From an uncultured Chthoniobacterales bacterium (GTDB taxonomy: Bacteria; Verrucomicrobiota; Verrucomicrobiia; Chthoniobacterales; UBA10450): DNA of 64,000 nt. The notes under the pieces are model-generated. The model was not told where the DNA came from. It did not search any database and saw only the letters and a list, made by a program, of their open reading frames with translations. The stretch lies in the NCBI GenBank assembly GCA_902805675.1, contig CADCTA010000097.1:1059-65058 (forward strand), read 5' to 3'. The translations under genes and the position numbers were made by a program. Positions 56,501 through 64,000 of the stretch are shown here, in pieces; the first letter of the stretch is position 1, and each line of letters opens with the position of its first letter.

Positions 56501-57352
56501 GTGGCTGAGACGAAGACAATCGCACAGCCGCGTCCACCCGAGCCGGATCTCGAGGCGGCGGTATCGTTGCCGTGGCACCACCGGCTGAACGTTCTCAACG
56601 TCTCGCTCGTGGTTTTTCTACTCATGGTGCTCAGCTCCGCCGGCGTGCTGCGCGGCTCCGGGCGCGATCTCGATTACTTCGCAAACACGAAGCGCTTCCT
56701 CGGGAACTTCTTCCCGCCCGATTTCTCGGTCGCGGGCCAGACGATGATCGGGCTGTGGGAGACGTTCCAGATGGCGGTGATGGCGACCGCGTTTGCGATC
56801 ATCCTCTCAATACCCATCGCTATTGCCGGGGCGCGCACGCTCTCTCCCGCGTGGCTCGTCTTCCTCGCGCGCATGCTCATGAACGGCATCCGCACGATCC
56901 CGAGTCTCATCTGGGCTTTGATTGCAGTGGCGGTCGTCGGGCCCAACACGCTGGCGGGCGTGATTGGCCTCACGTTCTACAGCATCGGGTATCTGGGGAA
57001 GTTCTTCAGCGACGCGTTCGAGTCAGTCGACGTCGATGTGGCGAAAGCGCTGCGAGCACTTGGCGCGCGCACGATTCAGGCGTTTCAATACGGCCTCTGG
57101 CCGCACGCCAAGCCGCTCGTCTGGAGCTACTCGCTCTGGATGCTCGAGTACAACATCCGCTCCGCAGCGATCATTGGCTACGTCGGCGCCGGCGGCGTCG
57201 GCCTGCAGCTCTACACCTACCAGGAGTACTACCAGTGGAACAAATTCGCCACGGTGCTGCTCTTCATTCTCGCGCTGGTGTCGATCCTCGACTTCCTGGG
57301 CGAGCGCATCCGCAAGCAGATCGTACCGAAAGCCGTCGGCAGGCAAAGCTGA
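56501..57352 (+). CDS. PhnE-like ABC transporter permease
   Basis: 283-aa ORF with a GTG start. 'FFPPDFS', 'LWETFQMAVMATAFAIILSIPIAIAGARTLSP' and 'RTIPSLIWAL' are PhnE-type. Confidence 0.85.
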   Translation: MAETKTIAQPRPPEPDLEAAVSLPWHHRLNVLNVSLVVFLLMVLSSAGVLRGSGRDLDYFANTKRFLGNFFPPDFSVAGQTMIGLWETFQMAVMATAFAIILSIPIAIAGARTLSPAWLVFLARMLMNGIRTIPSLIWALIAVAVVGPNTLAGVIGLTFYSIGYLGKFFSDAFESVDVDVAKALRALGARTIQAFQYGLWPHAKPLVWSYSLWMLEYNIRSAAIIGYVGAGGVGLQLYTYQEYYQWNKFATVLLFILALVSILDFLGERIRKQIVPKAVGRQS

Positions 57353-57368
57353 CGGCGGGTGACCCGCC

Positions 57369-57460
57369 GTCATTCTGAGCGGAGCGTAGCGAAGTCGAAG
57401 AATCCCGTGGCAGAACGTTACGGCAACGCCGCGGGATCCCTCGACTGCGCTCGGGATGAC
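57369..57460. repeat. Family-1 palindromic repeat, copy G
   Basis: GTCATTCTGAGCGGAGCGTAGCGAAGTCGAAGAATCCCG...CGGGATCCCTCGACTGCGCTCGGGATGAC, between the convergent permease and TonB-dependent receptor genes. Confidence 0.8.
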
Positions 57461-57474
57461 AACCGTTCTTTGCC

Positions 57475-59658
57475 TCAGAAGTTGATCGAGAAGCCGGTGT
57501 AGTAATTCCGCCGATACGCCGGATCGATGCCGTTGCTGCGAATTCGGGAGTAGTAATCCTGGTCGAACAGGTTGTTAACCCCTGCCAGCACGCGCACGCG
57601 GTCCTTGTAGACCTTCGCTTCGGCCGTCAGATCCCACACGCTGTAACCGGGGATGTAGAAGTTCGGGCTGTTCGCATCGTCGGCGAAATGTTCGTCCACC
57701 ATCGTGCCCATCAGCGCCACCTTCACACGATCCCGCCAGCGATAGATTGCGCCGGTTCGCAGCAGGTAATCCGGCGCATACTGCGGGATCGCTCCGTCCA
57801 GCGGACCGGCCACGAACTGCGCGTCGAGAAATTCCACGTTCGTATAGAGAGAGAACGAGCCAAACGTCTCCGCGAACTTCGTCGCGCGCGCGGCGTCGAT
57901 CGCTTTCACGATGTCGACCTCAGCCGACACATCCCAGCCGCGATTGATCGAGCGCCCGACGTTCTGCAGGTTGCTGCCGACGCGCCCGAAGCGGTTGTCG
58001 TAGTCGATCAGGAACACGCTCGTATCGAACGTCAGCCACGGCAGCGGCGTGCCGCGGATGCCCAGCTCGTAGGTGAACGTTTCGCCGGGCTGCAGGTTCT
58101 CGCTGATGGTGTCGTTCGTGCCGAGCGGCACCGCGTCCGAGTAGGTCTTCGGCTTGTAGCCTTGCGCGACGTTGAAGTAGGCCTCCGACTGCGCGCCGAG
58201 ATCGTACTCCAGCCCCAGCGCGAAGAGCGGCACGGCTTCGAAGTCCTCGTCCTGCGACAACTCGGACGTTGGCGTTAGCGTTTCACCGGTGCCGAGATTC
58301 AGCTTCTCGTCGATGCTCTGCGCGAGCAGCTCGAGACGCACCGCCGGCACGACGCTCAGGCGGCCGAAGGTAAACTTATTCTCCGCGAAGAGCGCGCCGT
58401 AGGTCGACTCGCGATCCACATCCTGTCGCAGCTCGCCATCTTCCGCGTCCGGTGTGTTGCCGCGGCGGGTCGTAAACGGCGAGTCCGAGTAAAAGAACGT
58501 CCCTCCGGCAGTGAGCGTGTTTGTGTTCGCGCCCCAGCTCCAGTCGTGCCGGAGGCGAGCATCGGCGCCCGCAGTGTAGAACTCCTGAAGCTGAATGAGA
58601 TTATTGTCCGCGCTCGAGCCCGCGGGTGTGGTGCCGAACCCGGTGCCCTGCTGCCGCTTGCTGAAGCGGCTCACATAGCCGCCGTAGGCTGTCGCGGTCA
58701 TCACGGTGCCCGGCTGAAACTCGTGCTCGAGCGAGAGCGACGGCTGATAGCGCTCCACCCGCACGCGATCGAAGAGGTTCTGCGTCGCGTCGCGATTTTC
58801 GTTGTAATTCAGAGCGCGCGCGCCGGTCGCAAACGTCAGGCCGCCAGGCTCGCCGCTGTCCGCGCTGTAAGCGTCGAAGTTGAAGATGACGCGCGTCGTT
58901 CCCTGCGGTGTGAAGACAAGCTTGAAGCTCCCGCCCAGCGTCTCGAAGTCGCCATTCTCTTCGCGGAACGTGTCGCCTGACCGCCGACTGAAATATCCAA
59001 GATAGCCGAACCGATCGACTGTGCCGTCGAATGAGACGTAACTGGAAAGCAGGTCGTCCGACCCGAACGTCTGCTGCGCGAAGGCCGCGAAACGCCGATC
59101 GCGCTGCGGCAGGTGCGTGACGTAGTTGAGCGAGCCCGAAGGCTGCGGCCCATAGAGCAGTGACGCGCCGCCGCGCACGAACTCGAGCCGGTCAATCGCC
59201 TCAAACGGCGGCACGTAGTACACCGTGGGATAACCAAGCATATCGAGCACGAACGGGATGCCGTCCTTCAGCACGAGCAGGTTCTGCGTTTCGTGCGGAT
59301 CGCCGATGCCGCGCGATCCGACGCTCAGCAGGCTAGGATTCGACAGCTCGCTCACGAGCAAGCCCGGCGTTTGCGAGAACGCCTGCCGGTAGTTGTCGGT
59401 CTGCACCTGCGGCATTTTGTCGAAGTCGATCACGCTGGTTTTCTTGCCGGTGTTGATGCGTGTCTGCTGCACGTCCGGCAAAAAAGGCGCCTGCACCCGC
59501 TCCTCGTCCGGCGACTCCGCTTCAGCCTGGACGACAACTTCCGAGAGCCGATTGACTGCATCCTGCGCCGCGGTGACGCCGATTGTGGCGCAGAGCAGCA
59601 GTGCGAAGGAGACGACGCGCAACAGTCGCGCAATGGCGTCGTGTGGTTTTCCATTCAT
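57475..59658 (-). CDS. TonB-dependent outer-membrane receptor
   Basis: Start moved to the ATG at 59658 (MNGKPHDAIARLLRVVSFALLLCATIGVTAAQ). It has a TonB-box-like 'LSEVVVQA', plug motifs 'VSELSNPSLLSVGSRGIG' and 'IDRLEFVRGGASLLYG', and a terminal 'YYTGFSINF'. Confidence 0.9.
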   Translation of the reverse strand: MNGKPHDAIARLLRVVSFALLLCATIGVTAAQDAVNRLSEVVVQAEAESPDEERVQAPFLPDVQQTRINTGKKTSVIDFDKMPQVQTDNYRQAFSQTPGLLVSELSNPSLLSVGSRGIGDPHETQNLLVLKDGIPFVLDMLGYPTVYYVPPFEAIDRLEFVRGGASLLYGPQPSGSLNYVTHLPQRDRRFAAFAQQTFGSDDLLSSYVSFDGTVDRFGYLGYFSRRSGDTFREENGDFETLGGSFKLVFTPQGTTRVIFNFDAYSADSGEPGGLTFATGARALNYNENRDATQNLFDRVRVERYQPSLSLEHEFQPGTVMTATAYGGYVSRFSKRQQGTGFGTTPAGSSADNNLIQLQEFYTAGADARLRHDWSWGANTNTLTAGGTFFYSDSPFTTRRGNTPDAEDGELRQDVDRESTYGALFAENKFTFGRLSVVPAVRLELLAQSIDEKLNLGTGETLTPTSELSQDEDFEAVPLFALGLEYDLGAQSEAYFNVAQGYKPKTYSDAVPLGTNDTISENLQPGETFTYELGIRGTPLPWLTFDTSVFLIDYDNRFGRVGSNLQNVGRSINRGWDVSAEVDIVKAIDAARATKFAETFGSFSLYTNVEFLDAQFVAGPLDGAIPQYAPDYLLRTGAIYRWRDRVKVALMGTMVDEHFADDANSPNFYIPGYSVWDLTAEAKVYKDRVRVLAGVNNLFDQDYYSRIRSNGIDPAYRRNYYTGFSINF

Positions 59659-59818
59659 CGTCCGGAACGGTAGAGGCGCGCCACGATTAGACTTCCCGCC
59701 AGTTGCTCTTTTTTGGCGGCAGCTTGCGATGCCGGTTCCGAGCACACAGCAACGCTGCGATAAAGAATCGCAACCGGCGGTGAGCAGCGCGCGGGGTGGC
59801 GCGTAGCATGTAGACCAG

Positions 59819-60541
59819 ATGCAGCACGCCACCGATCGTTCGAGCCGAAGTCTGCGCATCCGCGATGAGGCGGAAGATCGCCCGGCGACTCGGCGCAAGA
59901 TCATCGCTGTCTGCCTGCTTGGAGCCGTCGCGGTGCACGGTGCGCTGGCGTTTGTCCCGCTGAATCTCGGGGGCACCGCCGCACAGTACGGCGTCGCGCC
60001 GGGTGACCAGATTGCAGTCACGCTGATGGTGATGGAGGACGAAGTCGCTGCCGGGGCCGAGCCGGCCGCCGCCCTAGAGACAGCGCCACCGCCGGCGATC
60101 CTCGACGTCGCTGCCGACATGCAGCCTCCGCCTCTCGAGGAGGAGGTCATCGCACCAGCGCCTCAGGTTGCAGCAGCCGCAAAGCCGATTCAGCAGCCGC
60201 GCCCGGCAATCGCGACCGCTTCCATCGCGCCGAAAGTCGTAGCTCGGACGGCGGGCGCGGGCGAACGAACGATGGCGAAACCGAACTACCTGCGGAACCC
60301 GCCGCCGAAATACCCGGCGGAGTCGCGGAAGCTCCGCGAAGAAGGGCTTGTGCTGCTGAAGGTGTTGGTGACTGCGGAAGGACGCGCGGACGATGTGCAG
60401 TTACAGCGCAGTTCCGGATTCGCGCGTCTCGATGAGGCTGCGCTGAAGGCAGTGCGGCGATGGGAGTTCAATCCGGCACGCGCTGGCGCAACCCCGGTTG
60501 CGTGCGCGGTCGAAGTGCCGGTGCGCTTCGGGCTGAACTAG
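59819..60541 (+). CDS. tonB: Energy transducer TonB
   Basis: 240-aa ORF with an N-terminal TM and a Pro/Ala-rich spacer. The C-terminal domain reads 'PPPKYPAESRKLREEGLVLLKVLVTAEGRADDVQLQRSSGFARLDEAALKAVRRWEFNPA'. Confidence 0.85.
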   Translation: MQHATDRSSRSLRIRDEAEDRPATRRKIIAVCLLGAVAVHGALAFVPLNLGGTAAQYGVAPGDQIAVTLMVMEDEVAAGAEPAAALETAPPPAILDVAADMQPPPLEEEVIAPAPQVAAAAKPIQQPRPAIATASIAPKVVARTAGAGERTMAKPNYLRNPPPKYPAESRKLREEGLVLLKVLVTAEGRADDVQLQRSSGFARLDEAALKAVRRWEFNPARAGATPVACAVEVPVRFGLN

Positions 60542-60563
60542 CAGCTTTGCTCACCCGCGCGCG

Positions 60564-60686
60564 GTCATCCTGAGCCGGGAAGACGGCGAAGGACCTCACG
60601 CAGGCTCCTTGGCGCACTGAGTCCGAGGAGTAGACGAAGGTCCCTGCGCGAGGTCCTTCGGCGCGCTTCGCCAGCCTCAGGATGAC
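60564..60686. repeat. Family-1-related palindromic repeat, copy H (GTCATCCTGAGC variant)
   Basis: GTCATCCTGAGCCGGGAAGACGGCGAAGGACCTC...GAGGTCCTTCGGCGCGCTTCGCCAGCCTCAGGATGAC. It has the same termini as the other copies but a different core. It lies between the convergent tonB and AraC genes. Confidence 0.7.
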
Positions 60687-60719
60687 CCGCGCGTGAGTTT
60701 TACCAGCGAAGCGTGAGCG

Positions 60720-61670
60720 TTACCGCACCGGCGCCAAGTTCTTCGCGTGCGGATAGAGGGCGGGGCAGCACCCGACCACTTCGCAGAACGACTTGCTGAA
60801 GTGCCCGAGACTCGAGTAACCGACGGCGAATGCCGCTTCCGTCACGTTGTGGCGGCCGGCACGCAGCAGTTCGGCGGCGCGCAGCATGCGCATCCGACGG
60901 AGGTACTGCGGGATCGTCATCCCCATCTCTTCCGAGAAGATGCGGCTGAGGTAAAACTGGCTCACGCCGGTCTCTCGGCCGAGCTCTTCGAGTGACGGAG
61001 GATTGACCAGCCGCGCCTGCAAGATGCCGCAGACGCGCTCGACGCGCTCGCCTTTGAGCCGCTTTTGGCGCGAGCAGAAAAGCTCTTCGTTCGGCCGCGC
61101 GTAGAAGCACTCGGCCATGATCTCGACGGTCTTGCTCTGGTACCAAAGCGGCAGAGCTGCGGGCGGCACCGGCGGTGCACAAAGGCTCTCCGCAATGCGC
61201 TGCTGGCTGGCGCTAAATGGCTGAGCGCCGCCCACCACGCTTTTCGAGCGCGATGAGAGACTATTGCGCACCATCGGCTCCAGGCTGTCTTCCTGGCCGG
61301 CAAATTGCCGCGCGAGAAATTCCTGGCTGAACTCGAAGGTCGCGAAACGATGGCGGTCCTTCGCGATGCGGCTCGCCTGGAGCGCGTCGCGGCCGATGCT
61401 GTAGAAGCCGGCGTTATTCGCGGCGAGCGACATCGCGCTGCGGGACGCGGCTACTTCGCCTCGGCCGGAAATATTGAGGCAGATCTCGAGGCTGCGCGGG
61501 TGAAAACTGCGCGCCCAATCGACCGGCTCAGCGCTGCGGAAATCGTGCATCTCCACGCTCACGCCGAGATCGTCGAAGCTGCCGTAGAGTTGCTGCCACC
61601 CGGCGCGGACGCTGTTCCACGCGCCGCGTTCAGGGCTGTCGACCTGCTCGGTCGTCGGAACCAATGGCAT
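60720..61670 (-). CDS. AraC-family transcriptional regulator (PchR/YbtA-like architecture)
   Basis: The C-terminal dual HTH reads 'LEELGRETGVSQFYLSRIFSEEMGMTIPQYLRRMRMLRAAELL...EAAFAVGYSSLGHFSKSFCEVVGCCP'. The start is placed at the ATG at 61670 because the full ORF (to 61814) would overlap divergent pxpC. Confidence 0.8.
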   Translation of the reverse strand: MPLVPTTEQVDSPERGAWNSVRAGWQQLYGSFDDLGVSVEMHDFRSAEPVDWARSFHPRSLEICLNISGRGEVAASRSAMSLAANNAGFYSIGRDALQASRIAKDRHRFATFEFSQEFLARQFAGQEDSLEPMVRNSLSSRSKSVVGGAQPFSASQQRIAESLCAPPVPPAALPLWYQSKTVEIMAECFYARPNEELFCSRQKRLKGERVERVCGILQARLVNPPSLEELGRETGVSQFYLSRIFSEEMGMTIPQYLRRMRMLRAAELLRAGRHNVTEAAFAVGYSSLGHFSKSFCEVVGCCPALYPHAKNLAPVR

Positions 61671-61764
61671 GAGCGCGAATGTGTAACGTGAACCGCCCTC
61701 CCTCTCAACCTCATTCTCGCCTTCCACTCCGGCGCTTGGCAGAAGAGGCTGCGACGTTTCAGCG

Positions 61765-62748
61765 ATGAGCATCCACGTTCTCTCTCCCGGATTCCTCACT
61801 ACGGTGCAGGACAACGGTCGCGGCGGTTACCGGAACGCAGGCGTGGCGAGCGGCGGAGCGCTGGACTCATACGCGCTGAAGATCGCGAACTGGCTCGTCG
61901 GAAATGACGCATCGGCAGCCGGCGTTGAAGTCACCCTCGGGGGCGTGCGGCTCCGGTTTGCAGACGCGCGCGTGATCACGTGGTGCGGCGGCAAATTCGA
62001 CGTGCGCGTCGGTGGCACGCCAATGTCACCGGGCCGGCCGGTGCTCACGCGGGCAGGCGATGAGCTGACGATCCAGCGCCCGGAGATTGGCTGTCGCGCC
62101 TGGCTGGCAATCTCGGGCGGCGTCGACGTCCCTTCAGTGCTCGGCAGCCGCTCGACCGACCTGCGGGCGAAGTTCGGCGGAGTCGAAGGACGCGCGCTGC
62201 AGCCGAACGACGTCTTGCAGCTCGGCCCGAATCCACAGCGCTCTCGTGAATTGATCGTCGCGCTGGAGCCGGCACGCGAGGCGTCCTGGTTTGCCCCTCC
62301 TGAATGGGCCGCTCCGGCAACACGTGCTCCGGTGCTGCGGGTGATGAGGGGAGGCGAGTGGCTGCGGTTTGATCCCGCCAGCCGCGAGGCTCTGCTCCGC
62401 GAGACGTTTACGGTCACTCCCCACGCGGACCGCATGGGGGTACGGCTGGAAGGTCCTGCCTTGCATCATCGCGGCGACGAGCTGCCGTCCGAACCAGTCG
62501 CTGCGGGCACCATCCAGGTGCCGCCTTCGGGCGAGCCGATCTTGCTACTGCCGGATTGCCAAACGATCGGGGGATATCCGAAACTGGCGCACGTGATCAC
62601 AGTCGATCTGCCGCTCGCGGCGCAACTTCGCCCCGGAGATCGCGTCCGCTTCGAGCTCGTGCGGCTGGCGGAAGCGCATCGCTTGTTGCTCCGCCGTGAG
62701 CGGCAGCTGGCGATGTTCCGGCTCGCGCTCAAAATGCGAAGCAAATGA
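61765..62748 (+). CDS. pxpC: 5-oxoprolinase subunit C (KipA/allophanate hydrolase subunit 2 family)
   Basis: 327-aa ORF. 'VLSPGFLTTVQDNGRGGYRNAGVASGGALDSYALKIANWLVGN' and 'LLLPDCQTIGGYPKLAHVITVDL' fit the family. Confidence 0.9.
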   Translation: MSIHVLSPGFLTTVQDNGRGGYRNAGVASGGALDSYALKIANWLVGNDASAAGVEVTLGGVRLRFADARVITWCGGKFDVRVGGTPMSPGRPVLTRAGDELTIQRPEIGCRAWLAISGGVDVPSVLGSRSTDLRAKFGGVEGRALQPNDVLQLGPNPQRSRELIVALEPAREASWFAPPEWAAPATRAPVLRVMRGGEWLRFDPASREALLRETFTVTPHADRMGVRLEGPALHHRGDELPSEPVAAGTIQVPPSGEPILLLPDCQTIGGYPKLAHVITVDLPLAAQLRPGDRVRFELVRLAEAHRLLLRRERQLAMFRLALKMRSK

Positions 62749-63500
62749 GCCTCGCCATCGACATCAACGCCGATCTCGGTGAAGGCGCTGGCCACGACGA
62801 GCAACTGCTCCAGCTCGTCACGTCCGCGAATATCGCCTGCGGGTTGCATGCGGGCGACGCGGAGACGATGCGCGCCACCTTGCTGGCCGCGAAGCAGCGC
62901 GGTGTGGCCGTTGGAGCGCACCCGAGCTTTGATGACCGTGAGAACTTCGGCCGGCGTGAGATGTCACTCAGCTCCGATGATCTGATCGCGCTCGTCGCCA
63001 GCCAGCTGCGCACCTTCGCAGCCGTGGCCCATTCGGTCGGCATGCGCGTGCAGCATGTGAAGCCGCACGGCGCGTTGTACAACATGGCAGCGCGCGATGA
63101 GCAGATTGCTCACGCCGTCATCGCGGCGGTCCGCCAGGTCGATCCGAGCCTGATCGTGTATGCGCCGCCGAAGAGTGAGTTGTCGCGCGCAGCTGAAGCG
63201 GGCGAGTTGCAGGTGGCTCGCGAAGTTTTCGCAGATCGTAACTACATGCCAGACGGCTCACTGGTTCCTCGCGACCACCCGCAGGCGTTGCTGCACGATC
63301 CGGAAGAGGCGGCCAATCGCGTCTTCGGCATGCTGCGCGATGACAAGGTGCAGGCGATCGATGGAACCGACATTCCGGTGCATGCCGATACCGTCTGTGT
63401 GCATGGGGACACACCGCACGCGGTCGAATTTGCACTGGCGTTGCGCACCTGCCTGATGCAAACCGGCATCGTGATCGGCTCGCCGACTCCTTCGACATGA
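62745..63500 (+). CDS. pxpA: 5-oxoprolinase subunit A (LamB/YcsF family)
   Basis: 251-aa ORF. 'IDINADLGEGAGHDEQLLQLVTSANIACGLHAGD' and 'AVGAHPSFDDRENFGRREM' fit the family. Its start overlaps the pxpC stop. Confidence 0.9.
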   Translation: MSLAIDINADLGEGAGHDEQLLQLVTSANIACGLHAGDAETMRATLLAAKQRGVAVGAHPSFDDRENFGRREMSLSSDDLIALVASQLRTFAAVAHSVGMRVQHVKPHGALYNMAARDEQIAHAVIAAVRQVDPSLIVYAPPKSELSRAAEAGELQVAREVFADRNYMPDGSLVPRDHPQALLHDPEEAANRVFGMLRDDKVQAIDGTDIPVHADTVCVHGDTPHAVEFALALRTCLMQTGIVIGSPTPST

Positions 63501-64000
63501 GCACAAAAGGCGGCGTAGCCGAACGGGAGCAGAGTCGTGGCGGCCTGGCTAAGGGCCTAGGCCAGCTCGACGCCACTACGATCGTGGTCGGCTCGATGAT
63601 CGGGTCCGGCATCTTTCTCACCTCGGCGGAGTCGGCGCGGTTGATCGGCGCACCCGGCTGGTTGCTGATGGCGTGGGCGCTTGCGGGGCTGCTCACGATC
63701 ACGGGCGCGCTCTGTTGCGCCGAGCTTGCGGCAATGATGCCGCGTGCCGGCGGCCAATACGTCTTCCTGCGCGAGGCATACAGCCCGGCCTTTGGTTTCC
63801 TTTTCGGCTGGGCGGTTTTCCTCGTGATCCAGACTGGAACGATCGCCGCGGTGGCGGTGGCATTCGCGCGATTTACCGGAGTGCTGGTGCCGGGAATCGC
63901 AACGACGAATTACCTCATCGCTCCGGTGCCACTCGGCGCCGGCTATGCGATCAGCCTCTCCACCGAACAGCTGGTGGCGGTGGCCATGATTCTCCTGCTG
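63497..64000 (+). CDS. APC-superfamily amino acid permease (5' part; runs off the window)
   Basis: Absent from the ORF track because it has no stop in the window. Manual translation from ATG 63497, which overlaps the pxpA stop, gives 'GLGQLDATTIVVGSMIGSGIFL...CCAELAAMMPRAGGQYVFLREAY'. Confidence 0.85.
   Translation, partial: MSTKGGVAEREQSRGGLAKGLGQLDATTIVVGSMIGSGIFLTSAESARLIGAPGWLLMAWALAGLLTITGALCCAELAAMMPRAGGQYVFLREAYSPAFGFLFGWAVFLVIQTGTIAAVAVAFARFTGVLVPGIATTNYLIAPVPLGAGYAISLSTEQLVAVAMILLL

Noticed and set aside
59659-59818. Fur-box-like GATAAAGAATCGC in the receptor/tonB divergent region
   Set aside because: It is only a partial half-site with no 19-bp palindrome, which is not enough to call iron regulation.
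59659-60150. 164-codon N-terminal extension of the TonB-dependent receptor ORF (the track gives 57475-60150)
   Set aside because: The extension is an R/A/S-rich shadow sequence and overlaps the divergent tonB gene. The internal ATG at 59658 is followed by a proper signal peptide and TonB box.

Overview
This is a GC-rich, gene-dense bacterial chromosomal segment. Its content (a PEP-CTERM-like protein, a PATR/autotransporter-associated beta-strand repeat protein, a prepilin-type 'FTLIELLVV' protein, an ECF sigma/Ser-Thr kinase pair) looks Verrucomicrobiota-like, but that is inference only. I support about 60 protein genes and one tRNA-Leu(GAG). Housekeeping genes are eno, prfB (with its programmed +1 frameshift), glgB, cysE, a cysteine desulfurase and rfbB. 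There are also four ABC transporter operons, a TonB-dependent uptake module, two ECF sigma modules and an envelope/glycosylation cluster. The supplied ORF track misses four things: the Ser/Thr kinase (1-2491, minus) and the APC permease (63497-64000), which both run off the window edges; the first 24 codons of prfB; and the tRNA. I found no CRISPR array, transposase, integrase, prophage or recognisable defence gene.

The main non-genic structure is three families of dispersed palindromic repeats:
- Family 1: about 90-125 bp, GTCATYC...GRATGAC, 8 copies.
- Family 2: about 110 bp, GGTAGGGAC...GTCCCTACC, 2 copies.
- Family 3: hairpins whose arms are tandem heptamers, 2 copies.

These repeats occupy every intercistronic junction of all four ABC operons. 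One family-1 copy sits in-frame inside a permease gene.

Best candidates for new biology:
1. A FabZ-like/GT2/ChaN-like/two-GT-C-like/rfbB cluster that includes a DE...HGP (TIGR03663-like) membrane protein of unknown function.
2. A pxpB ... pxpC-pxpA operon split by a 7.4 kb TonB-dependent/PhnCDE-type uptake module.
3. A solute-binding-protein/MalF fusion paired with a MalG-like permease carrying a roughly 330-aa extracytoplasmic insert.
4. A roughly 120-aa C-terminal module shared by a PATR protein and an M10 protease, with two decayed copies elsewhere.
5. A 2.5 kb stretch (5515-8014) with no credible gene.

All functional calls come from motif recognition by eye. No database search was run.
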